From NCBI RefSeq assembly GCF_016432865.1, contig NC_067402.1, forward strand, positions 103,044,001 to 103,108,000: a DNA stretch of 64,000 nucleotides, written 5' to 3'. This stretch comes from Antechinus flavipes (taxonomy: Eukaryota). Each line of letters begins with the position of its first letter. Position 1 is the first letter of the stretch. The notes under the pieces are model-generated. The model was not told the origin of the DNA. It saw only the letters and a list, made by a program, of their open reading frames with translations, and did not search any database. Of the stretch, positions 1-11,153 are shown one piece after another. The translations under genes and the position numbers were made by a program.

Positions 1-690
1 TATGCCATACCAGTTGCCAAAATAATCTTCCTAGCACATAAATCAGATCACGTCATTCCTTTACTCAATAGTTTCCATGATTTCTTATTACCTTTAAAAT
101 CAACTACAAACTTCTCTTCTTAAAGTCCTTCACAACCCAGCTCTAATTTAATTGAGCATCATTTTTCCTTATCCACTCTTCGGTTCAGTTAAACTGACTT
201 TCTTGCTGTTTCTAACGTTCAATTTAGTTCAAAAAACATTTATTAGGTACTTAGTATGTGCCAGGTAAAAGAAAGATAGTTTCTACCTCTAGGAAGCTTA
301 CAATCTAATGGGAGAAGATAATACCCAAAGCTGAGATTGGAGTGGGGAGGAGGAGGTAGGGTTGTGAGATATTCCATCCCCCAAATCTAAGACTTCAGAG
401 GCAAAAAGCTGTCCCTGATGCCTGTTCTGACTTATGTATTCCCTCCTGGCTTCTATCTTCTAGAATCCTTGGTTTGCTTCAAAACTCAGTTGAACTGTCA
501 TCTCCTCAATGAGCTTTCCCCCCTTATGATCCTCCAGATTCTAGTGCTTCCGCTGCCTCCAATCTCCCCTTTCACCTTGTATTTATTTTTATATAATTGC
601 AAACATGCTGATAAGAATGTAAGCTCCTTGAGGGCAGGAATTTTGTCACCTGGCACAATGCTTTACACAGGGAGTAATTAATAAATGTGG
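1..690 (+). mobile_element. L2 LINE 3' fragments; an opposite-strand L2 tail at about 215-330
   Basis: L2 3' motifs gtaagctccttgagggcagg and taataaatgt, plus the reverse tail catttattaggtacttagtatgtgccagg. Boundaries approximate. Confidence 0.7.
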
Positions 691-1886
691 GTTAATCCAC
701 CAAAAAGAAAGAAATAGCACAAAGTAAAGTGTCCATTGATTCTGAGCTAAAATTTAAAGAAAGTAGATTAGGCACAGCCTCAAATGCTTATTTAGTTCAA
801 TCAAAGAAATAGTGATTTAGTTCCTATCACATACAAGTCTCAGTGCCAGGAGCAAGATGCTTAGTAAGACAAAAAGAAATATTCCCTGCCTTCAAGGAGA
901 TTAAAATCTATCAGGAGAGATATGAATGCATAAAAAGTAATTTCAAAAGGGAAGAAGGCAGTGACAAAAAGGCAAATCAGAAAAGTCCTGGTGTGTAAGA
1001 GGGTGATAGAAGCTGTGTTTGAGGGAAACTAGGGATTCTACCAGGTTAAAGTACATTAAAAAATATACCAATGACCAAGTGTGGGTAACAAAATAAACTT
1101 GCAGTTTAAACACAAGAATATAAACACAATCTCCTAGATGAATAAAACTTGGAGTGATGAGACTCATGGCTAGATTATGACACTTGGAAAGAAACTATTT
1201 TTTGGAAGAAATAGAGGAATAAACACTATTGTAAAGAAGATATCTCCTTTTATGGAAGCCCATGAACCTGACGGGGAATGCATTTGAGTGACAAAAAAAG
1301 AGAGAGAAATGGAAATATGAGATTTAATTGTTGTGGGAGCATACTATATACTACCTGGCTAGATTATCAATGATATGTTGATACCAATAACACAGTAACT
1401 TTCACAGTTGTAGATATGGAAGTGACAGAGACTTCAACTATATTAATATGGATGGGAAACAGAATTCTATGAAATTCATTAAAATAAATTCTTTATTTCC
1501 CTTGCCAACATTTTCATGCCTCATAGTAGAAGAAGGAACAGAAAGAAGCATTATTCTGAGGATTAATGCTGACCAATAAGAAAGAATTAGTTGGTGATAT
1601 AGAAGTGACAGGAATTTCAAGAAAAATAACTATTTTAAAGTTCATTGGAAAAAGGAAAAGGAATGTTCGATGTTAGATGTTGTTGTATAGTAGATGGTGA
1701 TTTTCAAATGTTAAGAAAAAAACTTATTAGATGATTAGAACTACAAATGGAAATAATGACTTCAAAGAGATTGATGGTGTTAAAGAAATAAGCAAATCAC
1801 AGAGAGGAAGGAAAGAAAGAGTCATGCAGGGAAATCAGTATGATGATACAGGTAGTAGCTCTCTGACCCATCCTTTAAAAAGGATA

Positions 1887-2291
1887 TGAGGATTCTGATG
1901 GACTTGGCAATGAGATGAACCAAATCAGTTCTAATGGAGCAGTAATGAACTGAACCAGCTACACTAAGAAAAAGAATTATGACTATGAATCACATACATA
2001 GACTTCCCAATCCCTCTATTTTTGTCCGCCTGCATTTTTGATTTCCTTCACAGGTTAATTGTACAATATTTCAGAGTCCAATTCTTTTTGTACAGCAAAA
2101 TAACTGTATGGATATGTATACATATATTGTATTTAACTTATACTTTAACATATTTAACATGTATTGGTCAACCTGCCATCTGGGGGAGTGAGTGGGGGGA
2201 AGGAGGGGAAAAATTGGAACAAAAGTTTTGCAATTGTCAATGCTGAAAAATTATCCATGCATATCACTTGTAAATAAAAGGCTATAATAAA
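1887..2291 (+). mobile_element. 5'-truncated young marsupial L1 3' end with A-tail and TSD
   Basis: G-rich L1 3'UTR and aataaaa plus A-tail. Target-site duplication aaaaaggata at 1877-1886 and 2292-2301. Confidence 0.88.
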
Positions 2292-2304
2292 AAAAAGGAT
2301 ACAA

Positions 2305-2418
2305 GCGTCTTAGAGTCAGGAGGACCTGAATTCAAACATAGCCTTAGACACTTACTAGCTATGTGAACCCGGGGCAAGTCACTCAACCCTAATTGCCTCC
2401 AAAATTAAAAAAAAAAGC
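2305..2418 (+). mobile_element. WSINE1/MIR-type CORE-SINE, 5'-truncated
   Basis: gagtcaggaggacctgaattcaaa B-box, core ggcaagtcactcaacc, A-tail. Confidence 0.8.
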
Positions 2419-2589
2419 ATATGTGCAGAAGATGGAAGAAATGGTAGATAAATAAGAATACAAAAGGACAGGGCAGCTAGGTAGTGTATTGGAGAGAGTC
2501 AAAAGAGTAGAATGGACAATATAGAGATTAAGAAGAAGGAGAGTTTTAACTCATTTTAAATGAGTTCACATTTTAAGCCATGACAAATT

Positions 2590-2930
2590 ACATTCTAGGA
2601 TACTGAAAGAACTTGCAGGTGTGATTTGGGGACTAATGGTGGGTAATCTGAAAACTCAGGGAGAAGGAGAGAGGCACTAGAATATTGGAACAGGAAAATA
2701 ATAATGTCCCAATTTTCCAAAATAAGAAAAGATAGTTTCTGGAAATTATAGATGTGATGTTGATCCAAAGGAAAATTTCAAAGCAAATAAATGGTTTTTA
2801 AATATTTAGGGCAACAAATGTGATCACTGGACATGAACATGAATTCATGGAGTATAAATCATGCCGATACTAACTCACTTCTTATTTTTGCAGTTATTAT
2901 GCTGATAGATTGGGGCAAATATTTTTATCT
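2590..2930 (+). mobile_element. L3/CR1 LINE RT fragment
   Basis: Decayed equivalent of CR1 KELADVI...VPIFKKGK...GNYR. Confidence 0.65.
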
Positions 2931-2931
2931 T

Positions 2932-3420
2932 GATAGATCTGTGACCTCATCAATGTGAAGTTCCTTCAAAGATGAAGATCATAGTACTTTCCTGTGGAAT
3001 TCCTATCCATGTCGCTCATCCATTTAAATGGGCTGGAGGTGATCTTCCTCATTTACTCCTGATACCAATAGATATGGATGGTATCATCTACTGGTTTTCC
3101 TTTGCTCTTCTCAGGTTCATTTCTGGTTCACCATCCTCATCTACTTCTACCTTTATATTGAAGTCACCAAGTACCAAAATATATGTCAATTTAATTTGAA
3201 GCATCTTCTCAATCTTCATAAAATCTATCTCACCAACCTCTGCAACAAGTTTTACTACATAAACTGCAGTTGTATTGCTAGTAGTATTATTTTGAATACT
3301 TAACCAAAGCACTGCAATGAGATGATCAAATATCCCATAAAATAGTGTTTCTTAATTCCTTTTGAGAGTACTCTAAAACCAACTCTGCCAACAACATTAT
3401 TTGTCTCTCCAAAAGGATCC
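2932..3420 (-). mobile_element. Internally deleted RTE-clade element (endonuclease remnant joined to RTE 3' end)
   Basis: Minus ORF contains TYILVLGDFNIKV (APE endonuclease GDFN motif). It is followed by an RTE-like 3' end, cacattgatgaggtcacagatc. Confidence 0.75.
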
Positions 3421-4384
3421 GTGAGTCACCCTTTCATTTAACTGTAGTTTTTTGCTTTCTTTTGGTTTAATTTATTAGGGTTAATGTCAAGATTGATGTA
3501 GTTCTGTTCCTATAAAGTAGAAGTTCCACTCAAATATCTTACATTTAAAGTCCTAACAACTAAGGTAAAGTATACAGATTATTAAAAACTGCAATTCTCA
3601 GTACTTTAATCCCCTTTTCTGTCACTTTGCTACTTCCCAGGAGAAGAGACCTCCCAGGACTGAGGACTATTTTATATTTTTCTTTATTTCACAGGTTGCT
3701 GTGGCCAAAACATTCATAAATTCATTCATAAATATGTGGTCAGCCTATTGGTGATGAACCTTTTCATATTTAGTCAAACTGCTCCTTAGAAAGCAGATTC
3801 AGATTATTGCTGGGCCATATTTGGAGTCTTTCTGGAATGATAGAACTGGACAGAGCTTGTATGCTTCTGGAATAGCTTCTAAGAACTCGGGTTGTCTCTA
3901 CCCCACAAAGCAGCATTTAAGTAGGGCTTTCTGGAGTGATTTTACTATAGCATCTGAAAAGGAGAACGAGGTTGTTTTTGTGAATAAGATGATTCAATTT
4001 GGATTGGTCTTCTTAGGACTTGCCGTGTTTTTTCCGCTTACTCCCTTGTCTGGAATGTTTCCACTTTTCATGTCCACTTTTGAGTTCCTTTTTCCTTAAA
4101 ATATTCAACTCAAATCTAAACCTTCTCCAGGGGGCTTTCTTGGCTTGCTCTTACCACTACTAGTGCTTTTCTTATGAGATTATCGTTTACTTACTCTGTA
4201 TATATCTTACAAGTTCTTGATTTTGGTTTTTTGTGTTATTTCCCCCTTTATAACGTAAGTGTCACAAAGGCTATTTTTACTTTCTTTGTATCCCCACCTC
4301 TTAGCACAGTGACTGACCCATATTAAATACCTAATATATTTTTGTTGATTGATAGGTTTAGTATTCATTAATATCTCTATGTCA

Positions 4385-5560
4385 GTCTTTAGCAGAGTCT
4401 CCGGTATCTTTTCAGCCTTGTCTCATTCAATGTTTTTATCAGTGACTTAGAAGAAGATATAGTAGGAACGCCTATCAAAATTATAGATGGCATAAATCTG
4501 AAAGAGCTGGCTAATATGAGAGCTGACAAAATCAAGATTAAAAGAGCTATCAACGTATTGGAACACTGGGCTGAAATCAAGAAAGATGAGTTACTTCAAT
4601 ACATTAAAACAAGTTTTTTTTTTTTCCTTGTTCTTTCTGTGTCATGGGGACCCTTTGGATTATGTATCCCTTCTCAGAATAATGTTTTTAAAGGCATCAA
4701 GTAAAATGCTTAGGAGTGTAAGGAGCACTAATTATAATGAAGCTCATTTACCAAAATATTGCGAACAAGTTTATGGATTCTAGATTAAGAACCTTATGCT
4801 TTCAGAGATTTGTGACAGTTCATTGGCGTGGGCATTTTCTCAGTTCCTTTCAGAATCTTGATAGGTCATTCTTTGCATTATTGTGGTCAAAAAAAAGCTC
4901 ACCATTTGTTGGCCAACTTTCTGGTAATGAGCCTTTCCAAATTTAGACAATAGTGCAGGTTCCATCGTCAGGCCCTATGTGTGAAGCTTTTCCAGGTTGG
5001 TTTCCACAACAATAAGTTGTACCTTATTTATATAGCCTTTGAGGACTCAGGGTTGTCCCCACATGATGTTGAGGGAACAGAGAGGACTTTAGTGTAGGGT
5101 GGTTCAATTTAACAAGGACAAATACTAACTCCTGCTTTAAATGATAAATTTTTTAAAAAGTAAATTGCCTGTGGATAAGACAGCAGTTGTTGTGATAAAA
5201 GCTCTGAGGATTTCAATTAGCCTCTACCTTAATATAAGAAAAGATTGAGATGCATGTCAAAAAACAGACTCTTAGACTGTCAATTGTAGTGTCATGTTCA
5301 AATCAAAGGACGTGCCGCGTGCCATTATGCTCTGCAGGAGTTAGAACTCATCCGAAATACTCAGTATTAGTCATTGCATCCTAAGAGAAATGGTGATGAT
5401 ATGGAGTTTGGCCAAAGGCGGGTAAGGAGTCTGTAAAGCATATCATATGAGAATAGTAAAAGAAAATGGAGTTGTGTAATGTGATGAGAATCATACTAAA
5501 TGGAAAGTGATTGGGGAAAGATTTGCCTTATTCAGTGTAGTTGCAGGAGGCAGATTCACA
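4385..5560 (+). mobile_element. L3/CR1 RT fragments (about 4385-4575 and 5100-5560) separated by a MITE-like piece and unique DNA
   Basis: Decayed LFNVFISDLEEDI...IKIIDGINL (FADDTKL equivalent) and IKIKRAINVLEHWAE (QxDLDRLEHWAE equivalent). Confidence 0.65.
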
Positions 5561-5815
5561 GGATTTTAGAGTTTGGAAGAAATTCAGCCATCCAACCCAT
5601 CGTTGAAAAAGGAATCCTCATTAAAACATACCCAATGAGTGGGTTATTCAGTCTCTGCTTGAAGACTTCCAGTGGAGGGGAATCCACTCCCTCCCGAGGC
5701 ATCCCACTTCACTTATCTTTAGCTCTAAGTGTCAGAAGATTTTCCTGAAATCAAGCCTCTTTTCATCTGTTCATTGTTCCCGTTTTTCTCTCTGGAGCCA
5801 AAGAGAACAAGTCTA
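5555..5815 (+). mobile_element. L3/CR1-type 3' region; related copies at about 17840-18170 and 28250-28450
   Basis: cagtctctgcttgaagacttccagtggaggggaatccactccctcc motif typical of the CR1/L3 3' end. Confidence 0.65.
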
Positions 5816-6402
5816 CACGGAGCTAGAATGAATGAATGTTAGAAGAAATCCAGAGGCTGGATTTCATTCAACCTGTGGAATTGTTGGAACCACAGAAATT
5901 TCTGAATACCATCTAAGTAGTAGACAGACTATAGAATGCACTGATCTTCAAATACTGGAAAATAAGGAAATTTTTCCTAAAAATTAAAGCTCTTGCCAAA
6001 TGGAATGAACTGCCTTGCATGTTTGCCAGTAGAAGTGTTCAAATAGAAGCTAGCTGATGATCTGTCAGCTTTGGGACAAATCGTTTAACTTGATTTCCTC
6101 ATCTGTGAAGTGTTTTAGGAAGGAAAGGAAACAAATGTTTATTAATATACCATAGCAAATGTGCTATTTATTAATGTACATTTATTATGTCCACCAGCCA
6201 CTGTGCTAAATACTTGACAAATATAATTTCATTTGGGCCTAATGATAACCCTGCTCTTAAGCCTCAGGAGGGAGGTGTTATTATTATTCCCATTTTATAG
6301 ATAAGGAAACTGAGGCAGATAGTGATTGAGTGGCTTGCCCATGATTATATAGTTAGTGAAAGCTTGATCATGGATTTGAATTCAGAATTAAATTGATTAG
6401 AT

Positions 6403-6579
6403 CAGGAGTTCTTAACCTAAGGTCAACGGTTATATTTCAGGGAGTTCAAGAACTTGGATAGGAAAAAAGATTAAATATTTTCACTAATCTCTCACTAAAA
6501 TTTAGCTTTTTCTTCAATTATGAATTTAAAAAAATTTAATGTCAAGGATCCATGACATGAAAAAGGTTAAGAACCCCTG
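6403..6579. mobile_element. Ancient hAT-Charlie-type MITE; related copies at about 12140-12325, 29097-29330, 53100-53293
   Basis: TIRs caggagttcttaacct / aggttaagaacccctg. 8-bp flanks gattagat / aactagag fit the Charlie nnnTAGAn target. Confidence 0.75.
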
Positions 6580-6658
6580 AACTAGAGGATATTTAAGACT
6601 TCATATAGCTCTGAAATTCTCTAATCTTCAATTAGAAGGGTGGGAGGATGGATTAGAT

Positions 6659-6848
6659 CAAGCTTCTTAAACTGGGAGTTGTGACCTCATATGGGGGCAT
6701 GTACCTGAATATGGGAGGATCACAAAGTTATGATTTATTATCAGTACATGTTTTATTTGTATACTTATTTTATAGCTATATTCTGGGATTGTATAAAAAT
6801 TTCTTTGGTGAAAAGGTGTTGTGAGTGGAAAAACTTTAAGAAACCCTG
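6659..6848. mobile_element. Second ancient hAT MITE family
   Basis: Degenerate TIRs caagcttcttaaact / actttaagaaaccctg. Internal ttatgatttattatcagta is shared with the 11004 copy. Confidence 0.7.
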
Positions 6849-7367
6849 AATTAAAGGATATCTGAGGATCTTTCCAATGCTAAGATTCTCAATCATAAAT
6901 GACAGAATGTTAGAGCAGGTAAGGATCTTTGGGATTATCAATTACAAACCTTTCCTTATTCTGTTAAATGATCTGGAAAAGAAAATGGCAAACCACTCCT
7001 GTACTTTGCCAAGGAAATTCCAAATAAGATCACAAAGAGTTGGACAGGATAGAAAAATGACGAATAAGAATGCAAAGGCATACAGAAAATTAGTGGCAGA
7101 ACCTCAACCCAAACCCAACTGAATTCAGTGCTTCTTTACCTGGACCCTATCCATGTCTGATCCTATCTTTAGCCCTTAAGATTGAGGTTATCATTATTAA
7201 ATATTTATATTGAATATACCAAGTGCTTACCAGATAATAATTCATGCCATTGCTAGCAGCGTACTTAATCAAAATAAAAATATCACCGTACCTTCCATCT
7301 CCCTCCCACCAAAACCCAAATGGACATCACCTGTCCAGCAACAGGGTCAGAGCAGATCTGCACTCAC

Positions 7368-7673
7368 GTTTCTCTCACTGAACTGATCCACCTCTCTCAG
7401 GAGCTTCTCCTGGCACTCAGAGTTGGTGGCCAACAGGTAGGTGACAAAGGAAAGAGTGTTGGTGATGGTTTCGTATCCAGCAATTAGAAAGATGAAGGCT
7501 TGCCCCACTATTTCATCTGTGGTCAAGGCCTTTGGTTGCACCTTGGACTTTGTTTGGTGGGTAGGAAGTTCTCCATCCTGAGCATCCTGTCTGACACTGT
7601 CAAAGAGCTCTGTACTGACAGAGGAAGGAGAGTTCCTGGCATCCAGGAATATCTGGAGAAAATCCCTTCGTCT
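7368..7673 (-). CDS. TBXAS1: TBXAS1 exon 9 equivalent (306 nt, 102 codons; [102 protein letters not shown])
   Basis: H-helix RRDFLQ, I-helix [11 protein letters not shown] and J-helix QEKLLREVD. Acceptor ttcctAG at 7674-75, donor GTGAGT at 7362-67. About 3 codons shorter than the recalled human exon, in the variable H-I loop. The ORF track splits it over two frames; the true frame is open. Confidence 0.98.
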
Positions 7674-8278
7674 CTAGGAATAAAAGGAAAAGGACACACT
7701 TTCAGCCAATCAACAAATATTGAGACAAATATCAAAATATATACAGTATAAATGTGAAATTAATAAATATAAATAGATGCAAAGTACTTTGAGAGGAAGG
7801 GCACTAGAAAGGGAAGGATCAGAAAAGAATCCATACAGAAGATGGTTTCTGAGCTACCTCTAAAGTGAAGGGAGACTTCAGCATATTATCCTTAGGATTC
7901 TTAGGGACAGAAACAAAAGAGAAAAAAAATGCCTTAAGGTGATCTCAGAACCAAAGACCTAAAATTCGAGCAGTTGTACTTTCTAAACTGCCCCTATATC
8001 CTGCCACAGGTAACCTCTACTCCCTCTATTCCCAGATTCCTCAAGTCAGCCACCATTTGAAGGTTAATAGGGCTGGCCCCAGATGAGGATAGGAAGGGAT
8101 TTGTTTTCAGCTGCTTCCCATTCCCTCTCCTGAGCATCCTTCCCGGGTGCCCCTTTCTCACCTATAGGTACACTTTAGGTACCCGGTGCCTCAAGCTTCC
8201 TTCTTGTCTCCTCTTTATCAGTCATTTATACTTAAATGTGAGGAAGTGCCAGTTGATGAGTTAACCTCACTTAGGAAT

Positions 8279-9397
8279 ATTTGTCATTTAATTTATAAAT
8301 AGCATTGATAATGAGTTTTCTCTGAAATAGTGCCCATAAATATCATCACATGCTATCCATGTGTACACACACATCTTGCATCCAACTTTCCAACAGGAGA
8401 GGATAGATTTCTGCCCCTATTTGTGTAATTTATTATTATAAATTATTATAATAATTTATAAGAATGAATAGGAATGAAAGGCCAAGTAGCTTGTTTAAGG
8501 AAGTATCATGGCTACTTATATGATAAAGTCCAGTTCAGTTCAACTCAGGTAGAGATTATTCCCAGATATCCTCCTATAGGAAACCAAGCAAGAGGCTGTG
8601 CTAGCTTTGGCTGTTCAACAAAGACTAGGAGGAAGAGCTAGGTAGTCCAATGGATAAAGCATCCACCCTAGAGTCAGGACTCCTGAGTCCAAGTATGGCC
8701 TCAGACACTTACTAGATGTGGGGTTGGGAGCAAATCACTTAAGCCTGATGAGAAAAAGTCATCCTCTACTGTACTGTTCTGTCCATTTTTTTTAGTGATT
8801 TATGGAGATTTTCATGGGTCCTTCCCTCTGGGAATAATCTCTTTCTACCTTTCCTTTGCTTGCCAGGCTGGACCCTGTTTCCCTGGTGCTCTCTTGCCCC
8901 CATCTCCTTTTCTCCTGGTCCCCTTCCTTCTGTTTATTCTATCTCAAGACTCCCAGATGCCAAGAATCACTGCTGATTCTTATCCTCCCCTCTCCTCCTT
9001 CTCACATTTCTCTACCCTCCCCCCTTCCCTATGGTATTCTGTTGTTAGGAGAAAATCTGCTTTTCCTACCCCTAGGCCCCTGGGCTAAGCACAAACCTCT
9101 GTGGCCAATATTTTTCTGCTTTGAGCTCTTTTGTAACTACAGTGCTAAGGCCAGGACTTTGGGGGCAAGATTTGGGAAACAATTAGACATATTGCTCAAA
9201 GACCTTCCAAGATGGGAATGAGAAGGGGACTTAGCTTTGGGCCTGGTTCATGTAGGGGCAGAAATCTATCCTCTCCTGTTGGAAAGTTGGATGCAAGATG
9301 TGTGTGTACACATGGATAGCATGTGATGATAACCATGTGCACTGTTTCAGAGAAAACTTAATATCAATGCTATTTATAAAATATTAAAATGACAAAT
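8279..9397. repeat. Inverted repeat: arms 8279-8419 and 9253-9397, 833-bp spacer
   Basis: 8341-8419 is the exact reverse complement of 9253-9331 (79/79, checked base by base). The outer 62-66 bp align with several substitutions and a small indel. Confidence 0.97.
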
Positions 9398-9899
9398 TAA
9401 GCAGAAAGGTCAGGGAATCTAGCTTGGGAGTGTGATGGGTATTAAGGGAATGGGGATGCTGGAGTCAGCTCAAATTAGGGAGTTGTTAAATTTTCAGTGT
9501 GAGTATGTACACTTTGGAAATTTGCAAATACCATAAATCAGGGACTGATTTGATTGTTTAGACTTTATAAAATGATAGTGTACTATTTTCTACCTTCTTT
9601 CATTTTCTTATTTTATTTATCTTCTAGTACAAAGTGACTAACATGAAAATGTTCTATAAAATTGTCTATGTACAGTATCTACTTACCATCTCAGGGAGAG
9701 GAGAAGGAATATAATAAAGCAGGGAATTTTGAACTCAAAACTTTAAATAAAAATGTTTTAAAAAATTAAAAGGAAATAATAGTGAAAATATTAATCATGC
9801 TGATTAAACTTAAAAGTATGTGCTAAAATATCTTCCCTCCCAAAGAGCTGCCTATTAAACATACCAGCACTTTTCTGGTAAGGGGATGAGTAGTTACAG

Positions 9900-10110
9900 A
9901 AGCAGGTACACGGACACAGTGGATACCAGGACTGGAGTCAGGAAGACTCATCTTACTAAGTTCAAATATGGCCTCAGACACTTAGTTAGCTGGGTGACCC
10001 TGTTTGTCTCAGTTCCCTCTTCTGTAAAATAAGCTAGAGAAGAAAAGGGTTCACCACTTCAGCATCTTTGCCAAGAAAACCCCAAATGAGGTCACAGAGT
10101 CAGGCAGGAC
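9900..10110 (+). mobile_element. Mar1 CORE-SINE (BovB/RTE-like tail)
   Basis: tRNA-like head, core, tail gagaagaaaagggttcaccacttcagcatctttgccaagaaaaccccaaatgaggtcacagagtc. Confidence 0.85.
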
Positions 10111-11003
10111 CATGGCAAAGTTACAGATGGAGGCAGCTACCCATGATGGGACTCAAAGTGCTTGTCCAGATTCTGACATAAAACAGAAGGGCTTATCTGG
10201 GAAATGATGAAGACAGGGTGTTTTTATTCACAGGCCTAGTTCTCACTGACTCTTCTCCAGTTCTTATCTCTCCCTTTGTATGTGTACTCCCTTCTTGAGG
10301 TCTGTTTTCACTCTGTCCTCCCCCTGCCTCTCTTTCTCACTCAAACTTTATCTATTTTAATTTTCCTAGAGGTTTTCTGACTTATCTTCCCAGGTTCTCC
10401 CTTTTCCACTCCTTGTCCACCACGTGAGTGTTAGGGATGCCTGGGGGAGATCCAGTATCTCCATCACTTTGTCCCTCTTTCCATCCTCACCTCTCTCTCT
10501 TTGTCTTTCTCTTTGATTTTTTCTCCTGCATTCTCTAGGTCTTTACATCTTATAAGGGCTGGTACCTGCCCCAGATGAGTTAGCATCCGTAATATTAATC
10601 ATTGTCCTCTGTGTACAATGAAAGAGAGAATGCTAGAATAATTGAGCTGGATGTCAAACTATACAGGACAGAGAAGGGACGATCGCCAAGCTCACAGCCT
10701 CTCTTGTTCGTTCATTCTGGTGTTTGGTTTTTTTTTCTGAAATAAAGACTTTTCCCCCTCATGTCCAGCTAAACTCTATCCTGCTTCAGCTGAGGGTCTC
10801 AGCCTTTCATTTGGTCTATCAGATGGGAAGCCAGGGTACTTGTGCCTCCACATACACAGACAAATGGCTCCTGGGTCGTTGTGGCTGCTTTGTGAAACAT
10901 GCTGTGAGGGTCATTCTTTATCTTCATTCTTCATTGGAGAAAACAAGATAACTCATGACCTAACTGGGGTCATTTCATGACCCCGAATGAGGGTGGGATA
11001 GAT

Positions 11004-11153
11004 CTCAGCTTCTTAAACTGTGGTTTATGGGATCTGGTAATTGAATGTGGGTTTGTGAAATTATGATTTATTATCAGTAAATGTTTGATTTATATACCTT
11101 TATATATAAGAGGCAAAGGGGGGTCATGAGTAGAAAGCATTTAAGAAGCTCTG
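11004..11153. mobile_element. hAT MITE, same family as 6659-6848
   Basis: TIRs ctcagcttcttaaact / catttaagaagctctg. Flanks ggatagat / ggataggg (6/8 TSD match). Confidence 0.75.
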
